64,000 nt of DNA from an uncultured Gammaproteobacteria bacterium. GTDB lineage: Bacteria; Pseudomonadota; Gammaproteobacteria; Steroidobacterales; Rariloculaceae. Positions 29,224 through 38,724 of the stretch are shown here, in pieces; the first letter of the stretch is position 1; every line of letters starts with the position of its first letter. The notes under the pieces are model-generated. The model ran no database searches, was not told where the DNA came from, and was given only the letters and a program-made list of their open reading frames with translations. The stretch spans positions 37,021 through 101,020 of the forward strand of contig CAVVIC010000018.1 in the NCBI GenBank assembly GCA_963748045.1, written 5' to 3'. The translations under genes and the position numbers were made by a program.

Positions 29224-30282
29224 TCGACAAGATCGCGTCGGTCGCGCTGCAGGCCGACCTGGGCCAGGAGATCCGCGTCGCGGACGAGATCCCGTGCGAG
29301 GAAGGCGTGTTGATCGCGGTCGAGGTGCTGAACAACAAGTCGCGCTACAACACGCTCGAGCTCACGAGCGGCCGCATGGCTGAGGTCAAGAAGGGCGACG
29401 TCGTGGTCGGCGCACTGGGCCATCGCAAAGCGCTGTTCGGCTATTCGGGCCATCTCCCCACCGAGCTGAAGCCCGGCGACATCGTGCAACTCCTGAACTT
29501 GGGCGGCGTGGTCGGCATCTGCGACTCGATCAATCCCTCGCAACGGCGAACCGTTCGACTGCCGCGTGCTCGGCGTCGTGCTCGACTTCCCGTACTTGGG
29601 ACAGCGCGTCGGCGTGCCCGCGCGAGTATCGGCGCAGCCGCTGCAGACGGATGTCCCGCTCACGATTCAGGGCGTGCCCGTGGTCGCAATTGCCGGCACC
29701 TGCATGAACTCGGGCAAGACGGCCGCCGCCTGTGCGATCGTGAGCCGGTTCCGCCACAACGGCCTCGTCGTCGATGCGTTCAAGTCGACCGGCGTCGCGC
29801 TGCGCCGCGACATTCTCGCGATGGAAGACTCGGGCGCGCGGCACATCGCGATGTTCTCGGACTTCGGCATCGTCGCGACGACGTCGAAGAACGCGCCGGC
29901 GCTCACTCGCAGTCTGCTGAACGAGCTCGGCGAGCAGAAACCCGACGCGATCGTGTTCGAGCTCGGCGACGGCCTGCTCGGCGCGTACGGCGTCGAGGCC
30001 ATCCTGCGCGACAAGGAAATCTGTAACTCGATTACGGCCATGGTGCTGTGCGCGAACGATCCGGTCGGGGCCTGGGGCGGCGCGAAGCTGCTGCGCGAGG
30101 AGTTCGGCATCGAGCCCACCGTGATCTCGGGCCCGGCCACGGACAACCAGGTCGGCATCGACATCATCAGGGACCGTGCGAACGTCGCGGCGTTGAACGC
30201 CATGACGCACGCGGCCGAGCTCGGCGACTTGCTCCAGTCCGCGATCGGTCTTAAGCACCGGGCCGCGAAGGCGAGCGCATGA
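29208..30282 (+). pseudogene. uncharacterised two-domain protein X with a Walker-A-like P-loop, embedded in the arg operon, frame interrupted once
   Basis: The ATG at 29208 is preceded by GGAGGGG. The N-terminal part is MRSVLVDKIASVALQADLGQEIRVADEIPCEEGVLIAVEVLNN...GICDSINPS. After an extra base near 29545 it continues NGEPFDCRVLGVVLDFPYLGQ...VVAIAGTCMNSGKTAAACAIVSRF... to 30282. It overlaps argG by 16 nt and argC by 4 nt. Length is 1075 = 3n+1. Confidence 0.6.
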
Positions 30283-31343
30283 GCGCGCCGAAGCCCATTC
30301 CCACCATCGTGCTCGGTGGCTCCGGGTACGTGGCCGGCGAGTTCCTGCGCCTGCTGCACGCGCACCCGAAGCTCACCGTCGGCGGCGTCGTGTCGTCGAG
30401 TCAGGCCGGCGAGCCCGTGGCCAAGACGTTCAACCATCTCGCGCCCGCGTTTCCGACTGAGACGTTCGTGTCGCTCGACGCCGTGATCGGGCGCCTTGGC
30501 ACGGCACCGAAGTGGCTCGTCCTGTCGGCCGCGCCGCACGGCGCGTCGGCGGGACTCATCGACAAGCTGCTGACCGCCGGGGCCAGCGCTGGGGTCGAGA
30601 TCGTGGTCGTCGATGCGTCGGCCGACTTCAGGTTCGCGGACGCGGATGCGTACGCGGCCGTGTACGGGCACGAGCACCAGGCGCGGGCGCGTCTGCCCGA
30701 GTTCACCTGCGCGGTGCCGGAGCAACTCCCGACCATCGCCACGCCGCACGCGGCGCACCCGGGCTGCTTCGCGACCACGATGCTGCTGCCGATCGTGCCA
30801 CTGGCGGCGCTTGGCGTCGCCGACGAATTCTTCGTGAGCGCGGTGACCGGCAGCACGGGCGCCGGCCGCACGCCGCGCGACACCACGCATCACCCGCTGC
30901 GGCAGAGCAATCTGTTCGCGTACCAAGCGTTGAAACACCGGCACGATCCGGAGGTACGGTCGCTGATCAAAGCCGCGACCGGCCGCGACGTGGCACTGAA
31001 CTTCGTGCCGCACTCGGGCCCGTTCGCGCGTGGCATTCACGCGACGATCTTCGTGAAACCGAAGGAACGCATGAGCGCGAGCCAAGTCAACGACGCACTG
31101 CGCGAGTACTATCGCGGCAGCACGTTCGTGCGCGTCGACGCCGAGCCGCCGAAGATGAAGGACATCGTTGCCACGAACTACGCGGCCATGCATGCCGTCG
31201 CCAATGGCGACACGATCGTAGTGTTCTGCGTGACCGACAATCTGCTCAAAGGCGCTGCCGGCGGCAGTCTCCAGTGGGCGAACCGTTTGCTCGGTCTGCC
31301 GGAGACGATGGGTTTGACTGCACCAGCAGCGGGGTGGTTGTAA
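30279..31343 (+). CDS. argC: N-acetyl-gamma-glutamyl-phosphate reductase
   Basis: Intact 354 aa. Has the N-terminal Rossmann motif VLGGSGYVAGEFLRLL, the active-site region HPGCFATT, and a C-terminal ...DNLLKGAAGGSLQWANRL.... Confidence 0.9.
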   Translation: MSAPKPIPTIVLGGSGYVAGEFLRLLHAHPKLTVGGVVSSSQAGEPVAKTFNHLAPAFPTETFVSLDAVIGRLGTAPKWLVLSAAPHGASAGLIDKLLTAGASAGVEIVVVDASADFRFADADAYAAVYGHEHQARARLPEFTCAVPEQLPTIATPHAAHPGCFATTMLLPIVPLAALGVADEFFVSAVTGSTGAGRTPRDTTHHPLRQSNLFAYQALKHRHDPEVRSLIKAATGRDVALNFVPHSGPFARGIHATIFVKPKERMSASQVNDALREYYRGSTFVRVDAEPPKMKDIVATNYAAMHAVANGDTIVVFCVTDNLLKGAAGGSLQWANRLLGLPETMGLTAPAAGWL

Positions 31344-32520
31344 TGAGCGTAGCGACACACGAGATCGCCGCCGTCGGCGCGCATCTGAACGAGGTTTATC
31401 CCATGCTGCCGTTCACGCCGGTGCGCGGCGTCGGCGTGTACCTCGAGAACGCGGCCGGGCGCCGGATTCTCGATCTGTACGGCGGCCATGCAGTCGCGGC
31501 ACTCGGCTATGGCCACCGCGATCTTTCCGAGACGCTGGCGCGGCAGAGCCGCGACCTCGTGTTCCAGACGAATGCCCTGCCGCTGAAGATCCGCGACGAA
31601 GCGGCCGAGAAGCTCGCGGCCTTCGGCCCACCGGGCTTAGGACGCGTGTTTTTCGTCAACAGCGGCGCCGAGGCGAACGAGAACGCGCTGCGCCTCGCCT
31701 TCAAGGTCACGGGGCGCAGCAAGATCGTGGCGATGGAAGGCAGCTTCCACGGCCGCACGGCCGCGGCCGCGTGCCGTGACCTGGGGCGCCGCCAAGACCT
31801 GGTACGGCTTCCCGCGCACTCCGTTCGACGTGCAGTTCGTGCCGCGCAACGACGCCAACGCGCTCGCTGCGGCCGTCGACTCGAGCACGGCTGCCGTGAT
31901 CATCGAGCCGGTGCAAGGGCTCGCGGGCGCGTTCGACTTCGCGCCGGCGTTTCTGCACGCGGTGCGCGCGGCGTGCGACAAGGCCGGCGCGCTCTACATC
32001 ATGGACGAGGTGCAGACCGGCATGGGCCGCCTCGGCGCGCCGTTCGGCGCGCAGCTGTACAACGTGCGGCCCGATCTGCTGACGGTGGCCAAAGGCTTAG
32101 GCGGCGGTTTCCCGTGCGGCGCCGTGCTGATGCCGAATAGCATCGCAGCGGATTTGAAGCCCGGCGCACTCGGCACGACGTTCGGCGGCGGCCCCGTGGC
32201 CTGCGCCGCGATCAAGACCGTGATCGAAGTCATCGAGCGCGACAAACTGCTCGCCAACGTTCGCGAGGTCAGCGCCGCGATTCGCGCGACGTGCAAAGTC
32301 GGGCCAGTCGAGAGCATCCAGGGGCAGGGCTTACTGCTGGGACTGCGCACGCGGCCGAAGGCCGCCGCGGTTCGCGACGCACTGCTCGCGCGCGACATTT
32401 TGGCCGGCACCAGCGCGGACCCGCACGTGCTGCGCTTGTTGCCGCCGCTTGATTCTCTCGACCGAACACGTGGAACGCCTGTCTGCCGCCCTGAAGGAGC
32501 TGAACGATGCTTCGCTTTAA
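31343..32520 (+). pseudogene. argD: acetylornithine (acyl-ornithine) aminotransferase, two frame interruptions
   Basis: ...YGGHAVAALGYGHRD...FFVNSGAEANENALRLA...MEGSFHGRTAAAA runs to a shift near 31770. VTWGAAKTWYGFPRTPF...IMDEVQTGMGRLG...TFGGGPVACAA...LRLLPPL runs to a shift near 32448. The end is ILSTEHVERLSAALKELNDASL*. Length is 1178 = 3n+2. Confidence 0.88.
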
Positions 32521-33508
32521 CGACCTGGCCGATTTTTCGAATGAGGAGATCAAGGACCTGATCGCGCTCGCCGCGCGGCTCGACAAGAATCCCGAGCCGC
32601 GTGCGCTCGAGGGCAAGGTCTTGTCGCTGCTGTTCTTGAGTCCGTCGCTGCGGACACTATCGTCGTTCCAGGCGGCGATGATCAGGCTTGGCGGCGGCGC
32701 GTTCGTGATCTCGCCCGACATGTCGATCCACGGCCTCGAGTCGCGCTACGGGATCGTGATGGACGGCACTGCGGCCGAGCACGTGCGCGAGGCGATTCCG
32801 GTCATCGCGTCGTACGGCGACGCGATGGGTGTGCGCGCGTTCGCCGACCGGCGCGATCTCGCGCACGACATCGCGGACACGGACTTCAAGAACTACACGG
32901 GCCTCATCAACAAGCCGTGGATCAACATGGAGTCGGCCATCGACCACCCGTGCCAGAGCCTCGCGGACTGGAAGACGCTGGACGATCTCGGCGTTCCGGA
33001 ACACGGCAAGTTCGTGCTGTCGTGGGGCTACCATCCGAAAGCGCTGCCGCTCGCCGTGTCGGCCGCGACGATCCACATGGCGGCGAAGCGCGGCATGAAC
33101 GTCGTGCATCTGCGGCCGCCTGGCTTCGAGCTGCCGCCGGCGATCATGGACAAGGCGCACAAAGCCGCCGCGGCCTCGGGCGGCAGCGTCACGGAAACCA
33201 CCGATCGACGCGAGGCGATGGAAGGCGCGCACGTGATCTACACGAAGTCGTACTCGTCGACGAAGTACTACGGCGACAAGCTCGGCGACCAGGCGCTGCG
33301 CGAGCAGCTCGTGGGCACCTGGTGCGTCGACGAGCCGTGGTTCGCGAACGCGCGGCCCGACTGCCGGTTCATGCACTGCTTGCCGGTGCGGCGCGGCGTC
33401 GAGGTATCCGATCGGATTCTCGACGGCTCGCGCAGCGTCGTGATTCAGGAAGCGCGTAACCGCTTGTACGCGCAAATGGCCGTGCTGTACCGCATGATGA
33501 AAGGCTGA
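32507..33508 (+). CDS. argF: N-acyl-L-ornithine carbamoyltransferase (argF'-type: AOTCase/SOTCase clade, not classical OTCase)
   Basis: Intact 333 aa. It is collinear with my recollection of the Xanthomonas AOTCase and Bacteroides SOTCase: ...LLFLSPSLRTLSSF..., GIVMDGTAAEHVREAIPVIASYGDAMGVRAF, INMESAIDHPCQSLAD, HCLPVRRGVEVSD...IQEARNRLYAQMAVL. Confidence 0.8.
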   Translation: MLRFNDLADFSNEEIKDLIALAARLDKNPEPRALEGKVLSLLFLSPSLRTLSSFQAAMIRLGGGAFVISPDMSIHGLESRYGIVMDGTAAEHVREAIPVIASYGDAMGVRAFADRRDLAHDIADTDFKNYTGLINKPWINMESAIDHPCQSLADWKTLDDLGVPEHGKFVLSWGYHPKALPLAVSAATIHMAAKRGMNVVHLRPPGFELPPAIMDKAHKAAAASGGSVTETTDRREAMEGAHVIYTKSYSSTKYYGDKLGDQALREQLVGTWCVDEPWFANARPDCRFMHCLPVRRGVEVSDRILDGSRSVVIQEARNRLYAQMAVLYRMMKG

Positions 33509-33513
33509 AGACC

Positions 33514-34446
33514 ATGACCGCAAGACTCTCTACGAACGAACAACGGGCCATCGTGATCACGGCACTGCGCCACGCGTTGCCGTATTTGCGAGTGTTCAAG
33601 AACAAGGTGTTCGTGCTGAAGGCCGGCGGCGACGCGTTCGTCTCGAACGAGACGACGCGCGCGCTGATGGAGCAGGTCGGCATCCTGCACCAGGTCGGCA
33701 TCCGCGTCGTGCTCGTGCACGGCGGCGGGCCGCAGTCGACGGCGCTCGCGAAACGCCTGGGGCTCGCGACGCAGATGATCGAAGGCCGGCGCGTCACCGA
33801 TGCCCAAACGCTCGAAGTCTCGACGATGGTGCTGAACGGCGAGATCAACACGCGCATCGTCGCCATGTGCCGCGCGCTCGGCATTCCCGCGATCGGCTTG
33901 AGCGGTGTCGATGGCGGGCTCATCAAGGCCAGCAAGCGGCCACCCGTGCAGGTGAGCGGCACTACCGTCGACTACGGGTTCGTCGGCGACATCCTCGGCA
34001 TCGACTCGAGCATTCTGCTGAAGCTGCTCGACAACGACCTCGTGCCGATCGTGAGCCCGCTCTCGGCCGACGACGGCGGCACGGTGCTGAACATCAACGC
34101 CGACACGGTCGCAGCGATGATCGCCTGCGAGCTCAAAGCCGAGAAGTTCGTGATGGCCACGGGCGCGCCGGGCATCCTGGACTCGCTCGACGACCCGCGC
34201 TCGCTGATCTCGTACATCGACCGCGCGGGCCTGCGTCGCCTGCGCGACGAAGGCAAGATCTCGGGCGGCATGCTGCCGAAGGTCGCGGCCATCGAGCGAG
34301 CGCTGTCCGGCGGCGTGCCGCGCGTGCACGTGATCTCTTACCAGCAGCCCGACAGCCTGCTGCTCGAAGTCTTCACGAACGAGGGCACGGGCACGCTGGT
34401 CGTCAACGACACGAAGAACCTGCGGCCCGAGGAGCAGACGAGCTAA
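33514..34446 (+). CDS. argB: acetylglutamate kinase
   Basis: Intact 310 aa with ...VFVLKAGGDAF..., ...VVLVHGGGPQ... and ...NINADTVAA.... It has a kinase domain only, with no fused acetyltransferase domain. Confidence 0.9.
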   Translation: MTARLSTNEQRAIVITALRHALPYLRVFKNKVFVLKAGGDAFVSNETTRALMEQVGILHQVGIRVVLVHGGGPQSTALAKRLGLATQMIEGRRVTDAQTLEVSTMVLNGEINTRIVAMCRALGIPAIGLSGVDGGLIKASKRPPVQVSGTTVDYGFVGDILGIDSSILLKLLDNDLVPIVSPLSADDGGTVLNINADTVAAMIACELKAEKFVMATGAPGILDSLDDPRSLISYIDRAGLRRLRDEGKISGGMLPKVAAIERALSGGVPRVHVISYQQPDSLLLEVFTNEGTGTLVVNDTKNLRPEEQTS

Positions 34447-34450
34447 CGCC

Positions 34451-35648
34451 ATGGCGCGCCTCTGGGACAAAGGGCTGCCGCTCGACGAGCAGATCTTGCA
34501 GTTCACGGCCGGCGAGGACCACGTCCTCGACGAACGGCTCGTGGCCTACGACGCGCGCGCGTCGATCGCGCACGCGCGCATGCTCGCGAAGCAGGGCTTG
34601 CTCAGCAAAGCCGACTGCGACGCGATCTGTTTAGGGCTAGAGGCACTCGCCGCGGCGCACGCGGCGGGCGAGTGGAAGATCGAGCTCGCGGACGAGGACG
34701 CGCACAGCGCGCTCGAGCGGCGGCTCACGGAGCGCATCGGCGAGGCCGGCGGCCGCGTGCATCTCGGCCGCTCGCGCAACGACCAGGTGCTGGTCGCGCT
34801 GCGCCTGTACTTGCGGGACGCGATCGGCGAGCTCGCGGCCGGCGCCGACGCCGTGATCGCGCGCGCTCGAGCGCGTCGCCACGGAGCAGGGCACCATCGC
34901 CCTGCCCGGCTACACGCACATGCAGCCGGCCATGCCGAGCTCCGTCGCGCTCTGGGCGCAAGGGTTCGCCACGGAGATCGGCGACGACCGCGACGGCCTG
35001 AAGACCGTGTTGCGGCGCGTGCAGAAGAATCCGCTCGGTTCGGCCGCCGGCTACGGCGTGCCGAATCTGCCGCTCGATCGCGAGGCGACGCGCGCCGCGC
35101 TCGGCTTCGACAGCGTGCACGATCCGGTCACGGCCGTGCAGCTGTCGCGCGGCAAGGCGGAAGCCGCGCTGCTGTTCGAGATCGCGCTCACGCTCGGCGA
35201 TCTCGGCCGCCTCGCATCGGACCTGCTGCTGTTCTACACGAGCGAGTTCGCGTACGTCACGTTGCCGGCCGAGATGACGACCGGCTCGTCGATCATGCCG
35301 CAGAAACGCAATCCCGACGTGTTCGAGCTCGTGCGCGGCGCGCAGGCCACCGTCGTGGGTGCGCTGCACGAGACGCTCGCGCTGACGGCCAAGCTGACCT
35401 CGGGCTACCACCGCGACCTGCAACGGCTGAAGGCGCCGTTGTTCCGGAGCATCGATCTCGCGACCGCCGTGCTCGCGATCATGGCGCATGCGCTGCCGAA
35501 CGTGCGGTTCCGCCCTGAGAACATCACACTTCAGCCCGAGCTCTTCGCCGCGGAACAGGCCAACGCGCTGGTCGTGAAGGAAGGCATTCCGTTTCGCGAA
35601 GCCTACCAACGGATCGCAGCGCAGCTCGCGCGCGGCAAGAACAAATGA
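34451..35648 (+). pseudogene. argH: argininosuccinate lyase, frame interrupted once
   Basis: The N-terminal third (...HLGRSRNDQVLVALRLYLRD...) runs to about 34858 in a gcgcgcgc run. It continues in the +1 frame as ALERVATEQGTIALPGYTHMQPAMPSS...GSSIMPQKRNPDVFE (lyase signature) to 35648. Length is 1198 = 3n+1. Confidence 0.9.
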
Positions 35649-35848
35649 ACGAACGGCGTCGTCATATCGCGCGCAACCTGCTGGTCGGTGCCCTGCTTGC
35701 GGGCGGGATCGTGGCCTGCGGCCAGCGCGGCCCGCTCGCGCTGCCGGAACAGGTGCGCCCGATCCAGCGCATCGAGCTGCCGCAGCCCCAACCCGAGGCG
35801 CAGCCACCGGAAAAGCAGGACGACGAGCAAAAAAAGAATGAGCGCTAA
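35645..35848 (+). CDS. lptM: small lipoprotein LptM/YifL-like
   Basis: 67 aa. A signal sequence plus lipobox is followed by the motif ...VACGQRGPLALP..., which matches E. coli YifL ...TGCGLKGPLYFP.... The tail is Pro/Glu/Gln-rich. The start overlaps the argH stop (ATGA). Confidence 0.7.
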   Translation: MNERRRHIARNLLVGALLAGGIVACGQRGPLALPEQVRPIQRIELPQPQPEAQPPEKQDDEQKKNER

Positions 35849-38564
35849 GCCGCTCGTTCTCGTCGACGGCTCCTCGTACCTGTACCGCGCGTTCCACGCG
35901 ATACCACCGCTGTCGACCGCCACGGGCGAGCCGACCAACGCCGTGCTCGGCGTCGTGAACATGCTGTACAAGCTGCTCGACGAGGTGAAGCCCGAGCGTA
36001 TGGCTGTGGTGTTCGACGCGCCGGGCAAGACGTTCCGCGACGACCTGTACGCCGAGTACAAAGCGCATCGGCCCGCGATGCCGGACGAGCTGCGCCCACA
36101 AGTCGCGCCGCTGCTCGAAACCATCGAGGCCATGGGCATCCCGCTGCTGCGCATCGAGGGCGTCGAGGCCGACGACGTGATCGGCACGCTCGCGCGCGAG
36201 GCGTCGGCCACTGGCGAACAAACGGTGATCTCCACCGGCGACAAGGATCTCGCGCAGCTCGTCGACGAGCGCGTGACGCTCGTGAACACGATGGACAACA
36301 CCACGCTCGACCGCGCGGGTGTGCAACAGAAATTCGGCGTGACGCCCGAACAGATCATCGACTACCTGGCGCTCGTCGGCGACACGTCGGACAACATCCC
36401 GGGCGTGCCGGGCGTCGGGCCGAAGACGGCCGTCAAGTGGCTCCAGCAGTACGGCGATCTCGACACACTGAAAGCGCGCGCGAGCGAAGTGCCCGGCAAG
36501 ATCGGCGAACGGCTGCGCGAATCGCTCGGGGTGCTCGATCTGTCGAGACAGCTCGCGACGATCCGTTGCGACCTCACGCTGCCGCTGCGAACCGCCGACC
36601 TCGCGCTGCGCACGCCCGACAAAGACCGGCTCGCCACACTCTTCGAGCGGCTCGAATTCAGCCGACTGCTGCGCCGCGTGCGCGGCGACGCGCCGACGCA
36701 GACCGCCGCGGGCGCTGCTACCACCGCCGCGGCGTCGGCACCCGCGCCAACACCGACGGTCGGCCGCTACGAAACCGTCGTAACCGAAGCCGCACTCGAA
36801 CGCTGGTGTGAGCGCCTGGCGAAAGCGCCGCTCGTTGCGCTCGACACCGAAACCACGAGCCTGGCCTACATGGAAGCCGAGCTCGTCGGCATCTCGCTCG
36901 CGATCACTGCGGGCGAGGCCGCCTACATCCCGCTCTCCCACCGCTACCCCGGCGCGCCGGACCAGCTGAACCGCGAGCGCGTGCTCGAGCGGCTCAAACC
37001 GTGGCTCGAGAGCGCGGCACCGAAGGTCGGCCATCATTTGAAGTACGACGCGCACATCTTCGAGAACCACGGCGTGAAGCTCGGCGGCATCGAGCACGAC
37101 ACGATGCTCGAGTCGTACGTGCTGAACTCGACGGCGACGCGCCACGACATGGATTCCGTGGCCACGTTGTACCTCGGCGTCACGACGATCAAGTACGAGG
37201 AGGTCGTCGGCAAGGGCGCGAAGCAGATCACGTTCGACCAGGTCGATCTCGACACGGCCACGCGCTACGCGGCCGAGGACGCCGACGTCACGCTGCGCCT
37301 GCACGAGAAGCTGTGGCCGCAGCTCCAGGCGGAGCCGGGACTCAAAAGCATTTACACCGACATCGAGCGGCCGTTGATCCGCGTGCTCGAGCGCATGGAG
37401 TACACGGGCGTGCGCGTCGACGCGCAACTGCTGCGCCAGCAGAGCCAGGAGCTCGCGACGAAGATGGCGGTGACCGAGCAAGCCGCCTACGCCGCGGCCG
37501 CCGGACCGTTCAATCTGAGTTCGCCGAAGCAACTCCAGGAAGTCCTGTACGAACGCTTGCAGCTGCCCGTGCTCGGCAAAACGCCGACGGGGCAGCCCTC
37601 CACGGCCGAGGACGTGCTCGAGCAGCTCGCCGAGAGCTACGACCTGCCCCGACTCGTGCTCGAGTACCGCGGGCTGTCGAAGCTGAAGTCCACGTACACC
37701 GACAAGCTGCCACTCGAGATCGATCCGCGCACCGGACGGATCCATACGTCCTACCACCAGGCCGTCGCCGCGACGGGCCGGCTGTCGTCGTCGGATCCGA
37801 ATCTGCAGAACATCCCGATTCGCACGCCCGAAGGGCGGCGCATCCGCCAGGCGTTCGTCGCACCGCCGGGTTGCAAGCTCTTGGCCGCCGACTACTCGCA
37901 AATCGAGCTGCGGATCATGGCGCACCTCTCGGGCGACGAAGGGTTGCTCGCCGCGTTCGCCGCCGGAGAGGACATCCACCGCGCCACCGCCGCGGAAGTG
38001 TTCGGCATGGAGCTCGACGCCGTGACGGGCGAGCAGCGCCGCTCAGCGAAGGCCATCAACTTCGGGTTGATCTACGGCATGTCGGCCTTTGGGCTCGCGC
38101 GCCAACTCGGAATCCAACGCGGCGAGGCGCAGACCTACGTGGACCGCTACTTCGAGCGCTACCCCGGCGTGAAGCGCTACATGGAGGAGACGCGCGCGGC
38201 CGCGCATCGCGAGGGCTTCGTCAGCACCGTATTCGGCCGGCGGTTGTATCTCCCGGAGATCAACGCGAAGAATCCCCAGCGCCGCCAGTACGCGGAGCGC
38301 AGCGCCATCAACGCGCCGATGCAGGGTACGGCGGCCGACATCATCAAGCGCGCGATGCTCGAAGTCGCCGCCTGGCTCGAGCAGCACCGCCCGGAGACCA
38401 AGCTCATCATGCAGGTCCACGACGAGCTCGTGATCGAGGTGCCCGAGAGCTACGCCGACGAGGTCGGGGCTGCCGTGGCGCGGATCATGGAAGGGGCCGC
38501 GAGCCTGCGCGTGCCGCTGCGGGTCGATCGCGGCCTCGGCGCCAATTGGGACGAAGCGCACTGA
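35838..38564 (+). CDS. polA: DNA polymerase I
   Basis: The ATG at 35838 (MSAKPLVLVDGSSYLYRAFHA..., 5'-3' exonuclease domain) begins an intact 908-aa frame. The 3'-5' exonuclease domain (...LDTETTSL...) and polymerase motifs (...LLAADYSQIELRIMAHLS..., ...RRSAKAINFGLIYGMS..., ...QVHDELV...) are present. It overlaps lptM by 11 nt. Confidence 0.95.
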   Translation: MSAKPLVLVDGSSYLYRAFHAIPPLSTATGEPTNAVLGVVNMLYKLLDEVKPERMAVVFDAPGKTFRDDLYAEYKAHRPAMPDELRPQVAPLLETIEAMGIPLLRIEGVEADDVIGTLAREASATGEQTVISTGDKDLAQLVDERVTLVNTMDNTTLDRAGVQQKFGVTPEQIIDYLALVGDTSDNIPGVPGVGPKTAVKWLQQYGDLDTLKARASEVPGKIGERLRESLGVLDLSRQLATIRCDLTLPLRTADLALRTPDKDRLATLFERLEFSRLLRRVRGDAPTQTAAGAATTAAASAPAPTPTVGRYETVVTEAALERWCERLAKAPLVALDTETTSLAYMEAELVGISLAITAGEAAYIPLSHRYPGAPDQLNRERVLERLKPWLESAAPKVGHHLKYDAHIFENHGVKLGGIEHDTMLESYVLNSTATRHDMDSVATLYLGVTTIKYEEVVGKGAKQITFDQVDLDTATRYAAEDADVTLRLHEKLWPQLQAEPGLKSIYTDIERPLIRVLERMEYTGVRVDAQLLRQQSQELATKMAVTEQAAYAAAAGPFNLSSPKQLQEVLYERLQLPVLGKTPTGQPSTAEDVLEQLAESYDLPRLVLEYRGLSKLKSTYTDKLPLEIDPRTGRIHTSYHQAVAATGRLSSSDPNLQNIPIRTPEGRRIRQAFVAPPGCKLLAADYSQIELRIMAHLSGDEGLLAAFAAGEDIHRATAAEVFGMELDAVTGEQRRSAKAINFGLIYGMSAFGLARQLGIQRGEAQTYVDRYFERYPGVKRYMEETRAAAHREGFVSTVFGRRLYLPEINAKNPQRRQYAERSAINAPMQGTAADIIKRAMLEVAAWLEQHRPETKLIMQVHDELVIEVPESYADEVGAAVARIMEGAASLRVPLRVDRGLGANWDEAH

Positions 38565-38654
38565 CCGCCGTTGGAACTTTTCAGCAGCCCCCCGGGACTA
38601 AATCTTCGGCACTCAGGACGGGTGCTCCCGCTATCCTCCCAAAGCGGGGTTTTG

Positions 38655-38719
38655 AAACCCTGGCTCACCCCGCCAGGGTTTGGCGCCCCGGGTGTGTCCC
38701 CTGAATCCCACACCCGGGG
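38655..38719. terminator. two GC-rich hairpins between convergent polA and engB (probable bidirectional terminator region)
   Basis: AAACCCTGG-n9-CCAGGGTTT spans 38655-38681. CCCCGGGTGTG-n12-CACACCCGGGG spans 38686-38719, is followed by CCTCTTT, and ends 5 nt before the engB stop. Confidence 0.55.
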
Positions 38720-38724
38720 CCTCT

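Noticed and set aside
29667-31358. 563-aa minus-strand ORF (similar cases: 14059-15429, 15746-16798, 17353-18786, 6310-7812 on the + strand, 56400-57638)
   Set aside because: All are mirror frames of well-supported genes (X/argC, pspF, mdh, fadE, gshA, iorB). They have low-complexity Arg/Ala-rich translations and are high-GC artefacts.
34725-37979. 1084-aa ORF on the minus strand
   Set aside because: It is antisense to argH, lptM and polA, which have unmistakable motifs. Its translation is Arg/Gly/Ala/Pro-rich with no motifs. Long stop-free antisense frames are expected at this GC content.
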